This document shows, one piece after another, positions 1 through 7,509 of a DNA stretch of 20,000 bases (position 1 is the stretch's first letter; each line of letters opens with the position of its first letter). Source of the DNA: an uncultured virus (IMG/VR IMGVR_UViG_3300021959_000014). Its lineage: Duplodnaviria > Heunggongvirae > Uroviricota > Caudoviricetes. Position numbers and translations under genes: made by a program. The stretch is taken from the IMG/VR virus record IMGVR_UViG_3300021959_000014; one strand, written 5' to 3'. The notes beneath the pieces are model-generated. The model searched no databases. It saw only the letters and a list, made by a program, of their open reading frames with translations, and had not been told where the DNA came from.

Positions 1-199
1 CATGTATGGATGGTTGGTAAGGAGCTAATTTCCTAACGTATTGAAGGTACCATTGTCTCTGACAAGAGGAAAAACTGCTTAGTTGAGAGTACGAAATATG
101 CTTATTTGATTTAGGAGATTGTTTTATCTTACTCTCCCATACCTCTTTTACTAAAGGATCAGCTTTTAAAACCTTTCTATCTGGATAGATTTTTTTCAA
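1..199 (-). CDS. PD-(D/E)XK nuclease superfamily protein (AddB/Cas4-like), 5' part only; runs off the window
   Basis: Not in the ORF track; translated by hand from TTG at 197-199: MKKIYPDRKVLKADPLVKEVWESKIKQSPKSNKHISYSQLSSFSSCQRQWYLQYVRKLAPYQPSIH... The 'ISYSQL..F..C...WYL.Y' motif is typical of the N-terminus of PDDEXK_1 nucleases. It starts 4 nt after the upstream stop. Confidence 0.7.
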   Translation of the reverse strand, partial: MKKIYPDRKVLKADPLVKEVWESKIKQSPKSNKHISYSQLSSFSSCQRQWYLQYVRKLAPYQPSIH

Positions 200-203
200 A
201 CTA

Positions 204-629
204 TTAATCGTTTTTCCATAGACCTTTAGACACTAACTGAGCAATTATCCCATAGTTAGTTATATCTTGAAAGGTATCTAATAATGTTTCATTTTGTGCC
301 TTACGCCCTGATATAATCATATTCTTCCATCTGTTAACTTTATCTGAAAGTCTATACCATAACCCTGTCATAGCAAACTCCATTTCGTCTGCTGTTTCTA
401 GATTGGTTCCTGCACTAACATTATGCATACCGTAATCTAAATGTTTCTTAGCAAATAAGTCAAACTGTTCATACATTATCTGTTCGTAAGCGTCATGTAT
501 TGTTGGGTACTCTTCTCTTAGGATTTCTCTTGCTGAAGGAGGATTCTTAGCATTGCTGATTTCTCTACTGCTCATTTCTGTAACTTTTATTTTTAATTTA
601 TTTTCGTACTCTTTCACTTGCTTACTCAT
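204..629 (-). CDS. DUF1599 / nucleotide-modification-associated domain 1 (Nmad1) protein
   Basis: Motifs KKHLDYG, RLSDKVNR and ETLLDTFQDITNYGII match the K..DYG / R..DK..R / E...DT..D..NY pattern of DUF1599. Confidence 0.8.
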   Translation of the reverse strand: MSKQVKEYENKLKIKVTEMSSREISNAKNPPSAREILREEYPTIHDAYEQIMYEQFDLFAKKHLDYGMHNVSAGTNLETADEMEFAMTGLWYRLSDKVNRWKNMIISGRKAQNETLLDTFQDITNYGIIAQLVSKGLWKND

Positions 630-631
630 AA

Positions 632-871
632 CTAACCATTTATAACCTTAGATGGATTATCTTCTGGGAAGTATGTTGCTATTGCTGAAAGTTTATCATC
701 AGCATCTACTAAGAGTTCTAAAGACTCATTAGCATCTTTTAAGAAATCATTAGCTGTATGATCTCCTATACCAGCTGCGTGGGTTGTTAGTAGCTCTAAC
801 GACATAAGGGCTTTTGCTTTATCTGCTTTTGCTTGAGCTTTAAGTGCTTCAATAACTTTGAATTGTGACAT
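632..871 (-). CDS. Conserved small phage hypothetical protein (GIGDH motif)
   Basis: 79 aa, helical. The AGIGDH motif resembles the 'GIGEH' small proteins of T4-like aquatic phages. Has its own upstream promoter-like motif. Confidence 0.65.
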   Translation of the reverse strand: MSQFKVIEALKAQAKADKAKALMSLELLTTHAAGIGDHTANDFLKDANESLELLVDADDKLSAIATYFPEDNPSKVING

Positions 872-895
872 GTTTTAGTATTTTTATATTTATAT

Positions 896-927
896 AATAT
901 AAGAAATAATACTCAAACAAGCAACTA
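896..927 (-). promoter_or_regulatory. Putative host-type (Bacteroidota sigma70-like) promoter, TTG-N20-TATATT
   Basis: Minus strand reads TAGTTG-CTTGTTTGAGTATTATTTCT-TATATT. The same architecture and 20-nt spacer occur at 2801-2832 and 19438-19470. Confidence 0.65.
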
Positions 928-2100
928 TTACATATAACTTTTTGTACTATCTTTATCTTTTGTTAATGCCGCTTGTGCTGCTTTTTTAGGCACGGTAACT
1001 GTTTCACCTGATTTTAGATTTACTGTCCAGTATCTAGGGCTTTTATGTTTAACATTGAGTATGTTATTTTCTAATACGTACCCCGATTTTGAGTCGTAAT
1101 GTTCACCATCGTTTCCGTTTTGACCAATTATATCCATTCGGCTAGAATAAGGACTCTTTTGTTTAACCTCTTCAGGGTCTTTAACTTCAAATTCCATAGC
1201 AACTTTTTTACTATCTACCTCTGCCTCGTAAGTCTCTTCTCTAATAAACTCGTCCCATTCTTCTTCATCCTCGTTATATAAGTTCTTTTTAGGTCTAGCT
1301 TGATCAAAGGCAAAGTTTGCTGCTACTACTAAAGATATAGCTAAAGGATCAAATACAAATATAATTACTAATAATAATATATTAATAATTTTATCCATAG
1401 GAGTACCTGTCAGTCCGGAAAGGTATTGTAATGGTCCTAACTCTCCAGCTACCTCTGTATTATTATCTAATTCTAGTATTGCCAGTTGGTACTTCTGTAA
1501 ACTATCAGCTACTATTTCTCTTTTCCTTTGAATGTTGTTACGATTCTCCTCTTCAACTTCAATACGTTTTGCTGCCATCCTAAGCTCTGAAGTAGAGACG
1601 GTTGTTCTAACGCCCCCAGCCACCGAGGTGTCTCGTACTTGGATTGATTGAGATTTCGCATTAGAAAGAGTACTAATGTTATTACTAATTCTTTTAAGTT
1701 CTTCATCATACCTAAAAACATCGTTTTCATAAAATTGTTTCTTTTGTTCTAAAAATGCTGTTTGGTTTTCTTTTACAGTCAACTGTCTATAAGTATCTTG
1801 ATAAGCTGCACTTAAAAATCCATATATACCCATACTAGTAATAAGTACTAAAACTACAGTAGCTACAGTCAGATATGTTCTAAGATACTTATTTAATGTG
1901 TCCCAATACTGGTAAAGTAATGATGCTATAACTAGTTTTGATACCTCTAAGGATCCAGCCATAATAATGACTTCAAGAGATGCTCCAGCAAACAACTTAC
2001 TTAGCCCACTAACCGAATAAAATGCTGCAGAAATTGATACTGATAATGCAGAAATCGTTATAATGAAGGGGAATAAATTCCTCTTAAGTTTTTTATACAT
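928..2100 (-). CDS. Polytopic membrane protein with long coiled coil (conserved phage hypothetical)
   Basis: About three N-terminal hydrophobic helices, a coiled-coil region, a further TM segment (IINILLLVIIFVFDPLAISLVVAA) and an acidic soluble C-terminus. Confidence 0.7.
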   Translation of the reverse strand: MYKKLKRNLFPFIITISALSVSISAAFYSVSGLSKLFAGASLEVIIMAGSLEVSKLVIASLLYQYWDTLNKYLRTYLTVATVVLVLITSMGIYGFLSAAYQDTYRQLTVKENQTAFLEQKKQFYENDVFRYDEELKRISNNISTLSNAKSQSIQVRDTSVAGGVRTTVSTSELRMAAKRIEVEEENRNNIQRKREIVADSLQKYQLAILELDNNTEVAGELGPLQYLSGLTGTPMDKIINILLLVIIFVFDPLAISLVVAANFAFDQARPKKNLYNEDEEEWDEFIREETYEAEVDSKKVAMEFEVKDPEEVKQKSPYSSRMDIIGQNGNDGEHYDSKSGYVLENNILNVKHKSPRYWTVNLKSGETVTVPKKAAQAALTKDKDSTKSYM

Positions 2101-2110
2101 AATTCAAATA

Positions 2111-2542
2111 TTACTTAACAAGTAGTAGTAACGTTGCAACTGCTCCAACTGTTGTTCCTATTTTATAAATAGTAGTCATCGCTTTTTGTCGCTTAAGTGA
2201 CCTTTCTAAATCCTCAGATAGACGTTGTTGCACACTGTATTTAGTGTTAAGTTCAGTAAATATGTTATCGTAGTTACTTACTTGACTTTCTAGATTAGTA
2301 ACTAAAATAGATTGCGTGTTTAGTTTTAAATTAGTCTCCTTAAGTAGTTTATTAGTGGTACTAAGTTGTAGGGTGATTTGATCAAAAGATACAAGATCCT
2401 TTACTACTAACTTTGCTACTGGTTTACTTAATACTATCTTTGTACTGTCTTTGGTAACGTTTTGAGAAAAACTCTTGAAGCTGAGAGCCACCAAAAGTAT
2501 CAATAGCGTTAAGCTTCTGTTCAGTTTCTTTTTTAATAACAT
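2111..2542 (-). CDS. Exported coiled-coil protein with C-terminal hydrophobic anchor (spanin-like candidate)
   Basis: Signal-like LLILLVALSFKSFS|Q, heptad-rich middle, C-terminal IGTTVGAVATLLLLVK. Overlaps the upstream gene by ~119 nt in another frame; exact start uncertain. Confidence 0.6.
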   Translation of the reverse strand: MLLKKKLNRSLTLLILLVALSFKSFSQNVTKDSTKIVLSKPVAKLVVKDLVSFDQITLQLSTTNKLLKETNLKLNTQSILVTNLESQVSNYDNIFTELNTKYSVQQRLSEDLERSLKRQKAMTTIYKIGTTVGAVATLLLLVK

Positions 2543-2795
2543 ATATCTTTGTATTTAATAAGTTTATTTTATTGCTAAACTTATCCAACTCAGTATTTAA
2601 CGAATCTGCTTCTACTTGTAGATAGCTATTTTTAGTTTGTATTGAATCTATTCTACTCTGTAAAATATTTATTTGAGTTTGGTAAGCTTTTATATCTACA
2701 TCAATTGAAGGATTATTCCATATCATATATGCTACAAATCCTCCTAAGATTGCGCATAATAAATACCTGCTTGTATAGCTTTGTTGTGTGCCCAT
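2424..2795 (-). CDS. N-terminally anchored coiled-coil protein (i-spanin-like candidate)
   Basis: One N-terminal TM (YLLCAILGGFVAYMIW) followed by a long coiled coil. Lies directly downstream of the putative peptidoglycan enzyme. Confidence 0.6.
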   Translation of the reverse strand: MGTQQSYTSRYLLCAILGGFVAYMIWNNPSIDVDIKAYQTQINILQSRIDSIQTKNSYLQVEADSLNTELDKFSNKINLLNTKIYVIKKETEQKLNAIDTFGGSQLQEFFSKRYQRQYKDSIK

Positions 2796-2800
2796 ACTTT

Positions 2801-2832
2801 AATATAAGAATAATAATTCAATTAAGCAACTA
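2801..2832 (-). promoter_or_regulatory. Putative host-type promoter, TTG-N20-TATATT
   Basis: Minus strand reads TAGTTG-CTTAATTGAATTATTATTCT-TATATT, ending 5 nt before the ATG at 2795. Confidence 0.65.
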
Positions 2833-3430
2833 TATCTTTACTTTCTAAAAGAGTGTAGGAAAAAGAGTTACCGTACTTATCTGATGCTTTATGCATAATT
2901 GCCATAAATTCATTAAAATCAGATTCTTTAGAAAATACTTGACAACCTGCTGACCATTTATCAATCTGAGTTGAACCATTCACAAACTTTCCAGCTTTAT
3001 GAATATTGATTCCAAATATACCTTCATGTACATTCTCTTCAATCATATCGTATTTACCGTCTTTATTATTATCTCTGTAGACTTTTACAGGTGACTTCTG
3101 TCTTAGTGCTTCGTATTTACCTTGGTGTAATCCTATTTTATGAGAACCTCTATATTGACCTGGTTTTAGTATTGCTACTCCGTCTTTATTTAATAAATTC
3201 CTTTCCCAATGTGAACCTGGGTCTGTTGTGCTTTTATAACATTTAAATTTCCACTCTCCATTATCTTTATAAGATAGTGTTATACAGTCGTCAAATTTAT
3301 TTGTAACTTCGTTATTAGTGTTAGAGTTTCTTACTCCTATTATATTTACGTCATAATCTCCTCCAGTAAAGTACTTGTAACCTTTACTCTTCATCGTCTC
3401 TTCTATTTCTTCTCTCGTGTAACAGTTCAT
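2822..3430 (-). CDS. YkuD/L,D-transpeptidase-like cysteine enzyme; candidate endolysin or peptidoglycan-modifying protein
   Basis: GINIH-x15-SAGC(QVF) resembles the LDT catalytic motif H-x14-17-[ST]HGC; no signal peptide. The ATG at 3430 (MNCYT), 2 nt after the upstream stop, is a more likely start than 3442. Confidence 0.55.
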   Translation of the reverse strand: MNCYTREEIEETMKSKGYKYFTGGDYDVNIIGVRNSNTNNEVTNKFDDCITLSYKDNGEWKFKCYKSTTDPGSHWERNLLNKDGVAILKPGQYRGSHKIGLHQGKYEALRQKSPVKVYRDNNKDGKYDMIEENVHEGIFGINIHKAGKFVNGSTQIDKWSAGCQVFSKESDFNEFMAIMHKASDKYGNSFSYTLLESKDIVA

Positions 3431-3432
3431 AT

Positions 3433-3669
3433 TTATCTGCATTTATTTTTAATTTCATTATATAGTTCCTCAGCATACCCTGCTGGGTCTTCAATGTGTT
3501 CTTTAGTTGATTCTATTTTACCTATTAAGCAATTTTTGAAATGCTTACCGCTTTTACCTTTCAATAAAGTTTCTATTGCGCATGCTTTCATCCAGGTTCT
3601 AGGATCATTTCCTTGAACTGAGGATTTAACATCATTTATTGCAATCATACAAGCTACTGCGTTTGCCAT
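3433..3669 (-). CDS. Small hypothetical protein (4 Cys)
   Basis: 78-aa ORF tightly packed between its neighbours, with an A-rich upstream region; no recognisable motif. Confidence 0.6.
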   Translation of the reverse strand: MANAVACMIAINDVKSSVQGNDPRTWMKACAIETLLKGKSGKHFKNCLIGKIESTKEHIEDPAGYAEELYNEIKNKCR

Positions 3670-3675
3670 ATTATT

Positions 3676-3756
3676 TTAAATATTATCGCTTTCTTGATGT
3701 AGAATGATAAACTCTTCTATAAGCTCTTCACTCTCTAAATTTATACCGTATGTCAT
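3676..3756 (-). CDS. Possible 26-aa acidic micro-protein (MTYGINLESEELIEEFIILHQESDNI)
   Basis: Below the ORF-track cutoff. Fills most of the 3670-3781 gap, with its stop 6 nt before the next ATG. Confidence 0.35.
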   Translation of the reverse strand: MTYGINLESEELIEEFIILHQESDNI

Positions 3757-3781
3757 AGTTCTATTACTTTTATAGTAGTAT

Positions 3782-4183
3782 CTAAAATTTACTTTCCTTT
3801 TTCAATTCATCAATCTCTTTTTGTATATCTTCTAGTGATTGTGAGATTGTGAAATCTAAACCTGCTTTAAAATGTATTTCGTCAAAACCGTCTTTAAATA
3901 TTATGATGTGTGGGATTGTTCTGACTTTATGTTTCTTTTTAGCTTTTGGTGCTTTAGCGATATCGCATCTATAGTATTTAACTCCTTCTATTTTATCCCA
4001 ATGTTCAAAAGAATTGTCATCATTAAAGGATGCCCAAAATTCTACGACGACTATCGAAATGTTATCATCTTGAAAAGCCGATCTACCTTCTACAGCTTGT
4101 TCAAAATTATCATCAGTTAAAATCTGTTGACCGTAAATTGAGCTTGTAATAAGCACCAGTGCTATAACTATAAACTTTTTCAT
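3782..4183 (-). CDS. Secreted thioredoxin-fold protein lacking the CxxC active site
   Basis: Signal peptide MKKFIVIALVLITSSIYG|Q (start at 4183 more likely than 4222). 'LTDDNFEQ', 'VVVEFWASFN' in place of F.A.WCxxC, and the cis-Pro loop 'VRTIPHIIIFKDG'. Confidence 0.75.
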   Translation of the reverse strand: MKKFIVIALVLITSSIYGQQILTDDNFEQAVEGRSAFQDDNISIVVVEFWASFNDDNSFEHWDKIEGVKYYRCDIAKAPKAKKKHKVRTIPHIIIFKDGFDEIHFKAGLDFTISQSLEDIQKEIDELKKESKF

Positions 4184-4184
4184 A

Positions 4185-4469
4185 TTAGTTTCTTTTTTGT
4201 AAATCAAAGAGTCTCTCATCAATCTTATTAAGCTGATTCTTAATTTCTTCTACATCATCCTGAGTATTAATGATAGCATCTCTAATTGCTTCATCTTTCA
4301 TTTGAAACTCTATCCTTTGAATTTCAGGTTCCGGAAGTTCTTTTGCTTCTTCTATATCTGCTTGAAGTGAAAACCACATTCCGATAACAGTTGCAAGACC
4401 GAATAAAACTATACCTATTGTTTTGAGGTCTAAAGTAATTTTAGTTTCCTCTCCTATTTGTTTTGCCAT
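4185..4469 (-). CDS. Single-TM coiled-coil membrane protein
   Basis: TM segment IGIVLFGLATVIGMWFSL followed by an acidic coiled coil. Confidence 0.65.
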   Translation of the reverse strand: MAKQIGEETKITLDLKTIGIVLFGLATVIGMWFSLQADIEEAKELPEPEIQRIEFQMKDEAIRDAIINTQDDVEEIKNQLNKIDERLFDLQKRN

Positions 4470-4475
4470 TTTATA

Positions 4476-5681
4476 TTATTTAAAAGAGTAATTTAAACCA
4501 AATGTTGTTTGATATAATTTACTGTCCCACATTTTAGAATATTCACCTTGTATAAATATACCTAAGTTCTTCCCTATTTTAGTACCTAATGATGCTCCAA
4601 ATGAATAATCAGACCATTGCTCTAATTCTGCATCTTGTCTCAATCCACCTTTACCCCAATTGTTTCTATTTAAGTACGATGCTTCTTCATCACCTTTTAT
4701 GTATCTATGGTAAGGTAGAATGTAGTTAGCATATCCATGGAACCAAAAATCTCTTTTGTAGTGGTAGAAATCTAATCCTACTATAGGTGCTACTTCTACC
4801 CATGAATCTAATTCATCCCAAGCTAATCCATTAAATTCATTCATAAGTGATGGCATTATTCTTTCTCTGAAGTCTAAGTCTGATGATGCGACTTGTGTTC
4901 CTTCTTCATCTATCCAATACCAATCCTGTGTAGTTATTTCTTCACCTGTGGTTGGGTCAGTGCTTGTTTGAGTGTAAAAAACATCTTGGTATCCATTTTC
5001 ATATCCTAATTGATACCATTGATTAACTGGATTGCCATCTGCATCTGTTTCATTTAACCAAATCTCTATTGGATTATATCCATATGCTCTTTCATGTCCT
5101 CTAGCTATAGCACCTGCTGATATAGAAAACTTCTTACCTATTGGTAATCTAGCTCTAAGTTCAGCTGAGTTAAATTTTAAGTTAATTTTCTCTACTGATC
5201 TAGATTGTACTTTTAGTATATGGTACTTTCCAGTGTGTTTTAAAAAGAAATTATAATTAGTGAAATCCTGCCCTCTCCATCTTTCTTTCTCAAAATGAAA
5301 TAAATATTCGAGTCCCTGTACAGCTGATGTTGGTGCTGAAAATACTAACTGCTCTTCAGTACCATCATAAAAGTTCTTAGGTTTTCTTTCGTAATCAAAT
5401 CTAGCTAATTTTCTTATTCCGAATCCATATCTATAATCAAAAGGAAATACTTCTGTATTGTTAACTACATCCGGTATAGAATATAAACTTCCATCAGGAT
5501 TAGTTCTAAGGAAATATGTTTGTTCTTCTGCTTCAACAGAATTGGATATATCTCCTGCTCCGTATACTGTACCGTATTTTAAGAAATCTGTATATATAGA
5601 TTTAAAGAAGCCCGGCTTTTCTTCCTGTGCCCATACTTGTGTTGAAAGTAATACTGTAAATAATACTAATAATTTTTTCAT
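4476..5681 (-). CDS. Predicted outer-membrane beta-barrel protein
   Basis: Signal peptide ...STQVWA|Q, many alternating aromatic/hydrophobic strands, and C-terminal 'YQTTFGLNYSFK' resembling a BAM beta-signal. Confidence 0.65.
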   Translation of the reverse strand: MKKLLVLFTVLLSTQVWAQEEKPGFFKSIYTDFLKYGTVYGAGDISNSVEAEEQTYFLRTNPDGSLYSIPDVVNNTEVFPFDYRYGFGIRKLARFDYERKPKNFYDGTEEQLVFSAPTSAVQGLEYLFHFEKERWRGQDFTNYNFFLKHTGKYHILKVQSRSVEKINLKFNSAELRARLPIGKKFSISAGAIARGHERAYGYNPIEIWLNETDADGNPVNQWYQLGYENGYQDVFYTQTSTDPTTGEEITTQDWYWIDEEGTQVASSDLDFRERIMPSLMNEFNGLAWDELDSWVEVAPIVGLDFYHYKRDFWFHGYANYILPYHRYIKGDEEASYLNRNNWGKGGLRQDAELEQWSDYSFGASLGTKIGKNLGIFIQGEYSKMWDSKLYQTTFGLNYSFK

Positions 5682-5691
5682 CTCTTTAGTT

Positions 5692-5708
5692 TTAATTTAT
5701 TATAAATA
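5692..5708 (-). promoter_or_regulatory. Putative phage (late-type) promoter motif TATTTATAATAAATTAA
   Basis: 17-nt sequence identical to 10289-10305; both copies are intergenic and lie just upstream of an ATG. Confidence 0.5.
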
Positions 5709-5709
5709 G

Positions 5710-6147
5710 TTATAAAGTATCTTCCAATGCTTTTTTTACTGCTGAAGCAAATACAGTTTTACTAAAAGGAAGATTTTCATTATTTAAATCTAAGAATGTT
5801 GCTTGAACAGTTGATTTTGCTATTCCGATTCCTTCTATTACTTCTCCTCTTATTATAATAACTAATTTTACCTGAGTTACTTTCTTCTTTCTTTCCCATG
5901 GTCCTATCTTAAACCCTGTAGATGGAGCTTTGATTGATGTAATCTCTATAAAGATAGGGGTACCGTTAAGACATAAGTCGTACTTTTCTGATAGTATTTC
6001 TTCTGCCATCTGCTTTATACCGAATATAATTCTCTTTTGACTTATATCTTCTGTTTCTACTCTTGATACAACTCTACCTACTTCGTAGCAATTTTGTGAA
6101 AATAGTAGTGTAGGTAAAAGTAATAGTAATAATGTTAAATGTTTCAT
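5710..6147 (-). CDS. Secreted alpha/beta protein, possibly a reduced CsgG/LptE-like fold
   Basis: Signal peptide MKHLTLLLLLLPTLLFS|Q and two Cys. Its C-terminus 'FSKTVFASAVKKALEDTL' resembles 'FNKSTIGIATKKALESAS' of the CsgG-like protein at 7490-8197. Confidence 0.55.
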   Translation of the reverse strand: MKHLTLLLLLLPTLLFSQNCYEVGRVVSRVETEDISQKRIIFGIKQMAEEILSEKYDLCLNGTPIFIEITSIKAPSTGFKIGPWERKKKVTQVKLVIIIRGEVIEGIGIAKSTVQATFLDLNNENLPFSKTVFASAVKKALEDTL

Positions 6148-6150
6148 AGT

Positions 6151-7509
6151 TTAAAAGTTTATTTTTCCTCCTGTTAATATTTGATAGTTTAAAGCACTGC
6201 CAGATGTCTGCCATACTCCGGTAAAGCTTATATTGTACTTAAATGTTTTTGTTATTTTAATATCCCATGAACTAAAAGGTACAACTAATAATCCTGCATT
6301 AAACCATTTACCTTCATAATATTGAGTAAAAGGTGAGTACACTCCTAGCATAAGAAAACTTGTTGATATTCTGGGACTAACCTTAAAGTTTCTATGTACT
6401 CCAGCAACTGATGATAAGTTCTGTAGACTTCTTTCACCGAGCTTACCGTAAGTGTAGTTTATTCCAGCCATACCTGTATACTTCTTTTGCTTACCGAATC
6501 GGAAAGATTCTAATGCTGTTGTAGTGTTGGTTACGTCTGTTTTAAAATTAGTTAGTGTTGTGTTAGCTAATACTAAGTTAAAAGTCTTTTTTGGATTTAT
6601 CCACGATTTATATAAGGTTATACTAGCATCATTGGTAACTGATGTATATGTAAATAATGCTCCTTTTATTCTACTATTATCTGTGTTGGAATGTGTAATA
6701 CTTCCAACAAATCTAAATTGCTCTCCATTTGAATTATCTTGATTAGATATTACGACTATATCTCCTGAAGCTATTAAGCTACCTGAGTTTTTTCCTGATT
6801 CATTTGATTGTTCGTTATCTCCTCCATCTATAGCATTAGCTAAGGAGTTAGCTACAGCTTGTGTTGATGCCCCTTCGTTATCTTCTACAGGCGATTCAGT
6901 CTTTTGTTCTCCTGTTTTAGCTGATTTATCTGTATTGCTAGACCCTCCAGTTGTATTTGAATTAGATCCTCCGCTTGGTTTAGTAGAGGATTGATTTCCT
7001 TTGGCTTCTTGATTGCCTTTATCTGTTTGAGTAATGTTTGTGCTTCCTTTTTTATCTGTATTGCTTCCATTTGTTTTAGTGTTTTTCTCATCTGCTTCTT
7101 CATCAGAATCATTTCCATTAGATGAGTTGTTAATACTTTCTGCTGGTGGTAACATATTGCCTCCCATTACGGACATTATATTAGTCACAACAGTTAATGT
7201 AGTCGCTACAACCGTACTATTTGCATTGTTAACTATTACCTGTGTAATGCTTTCACATGGTGATGATGAATTAATTTGAGTTACAGAATTAATCCAGTTA
7301 TCAAATACACCATTAGTAAAATCACTTTCTGTAAAGCTCTGTACATTCCCAAAGTAATTTAAAGCAATGGATTGACCTATAGTGTTTGTTACTGTTTGTT
7401 GATTAAGGGTACAGGGATCGGTAAACGTATAGTTCCATGTTTGAGAGAAACCAAACATAGGTATAACGTTCAATAGTAATAGTATTATTTTATTCTTTAA
7501 AGATGCCAC
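6151..7509 (-). CDS. Exported protein: N-terminal domain, low-complexity S/N/T/G/D linker and C-terminal predicted beta-barrel (autotransporter-like layout)
   Basis: Signal ...IPMFGFS|Q, two Cys in the N-domain, a ~120-aa disordered linker with repeated SNTDK, then amphipathic strands ending 'GGKINF' (terminal Phe). Confidence 0.6.
   Translation of the reverse strand: MASLKNKIILLLLNVIPMFGFSQTWNYTFTDPCTLNQQTVTNTIGQSIALNYFGNVQSFTESDFTNGVFDNWINSVTQINSSSPCESITQVIVNNANSTVVATTLTVVTNIMSVMGGNMLPPAESINNSSNGNDSDEEADEKNTKTNGSNTDKKGSTNITQTDKGNQEAKGNQSSTKPSGGSNSNTTGGSSNTDKSAKTGEQKTESPVEDNEGASTQAVANSLANAIDGGDNEQSNESGKNSGSLIASGDIVVISNQDNSNGEQFRFVGSITHSNTDNSRIKGALFTYTSVTNDASITLYKSWINPKKTFNLVLANTTLTNFKTDVTNTTTALESFRFGKQKKYTGMAGINYTYGKLGERSLQNLSSVAGVHRNFKVSPRISTSFLMLGVYSPFTQYYEGKWFNAGLLVVPFSSWDIKITKTFKYNISFTGVWQTSGSALNYQILTGGKINF

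Noticed and set aside
887..894. T4-type late promoter TATAAATA on the coding strand
   Set aside because: A single copy in a nearly pure A/T tract just downstream of a better-supported promoter; likely chance.
3782..4183. Thioredoxin as electron donor for the nearby RNR
   Set aside because: It has no CxxC motif and carries an export signal.
6926..7065. Short direct repeat TTATCTGTATTGCT (SNTDK twice)
   Set aside because: Explained by the low-complexity protein linker; not a CRISPR array or a DGR repeat, and no regular spacing.
1512..7118. Alternative-frame minus-strand ORFs 1512-1730 and 6885-7118
   Set aside because: Fully nested in longer genes. The second arises from a low-complexity linker; there is no independent evidence for either.
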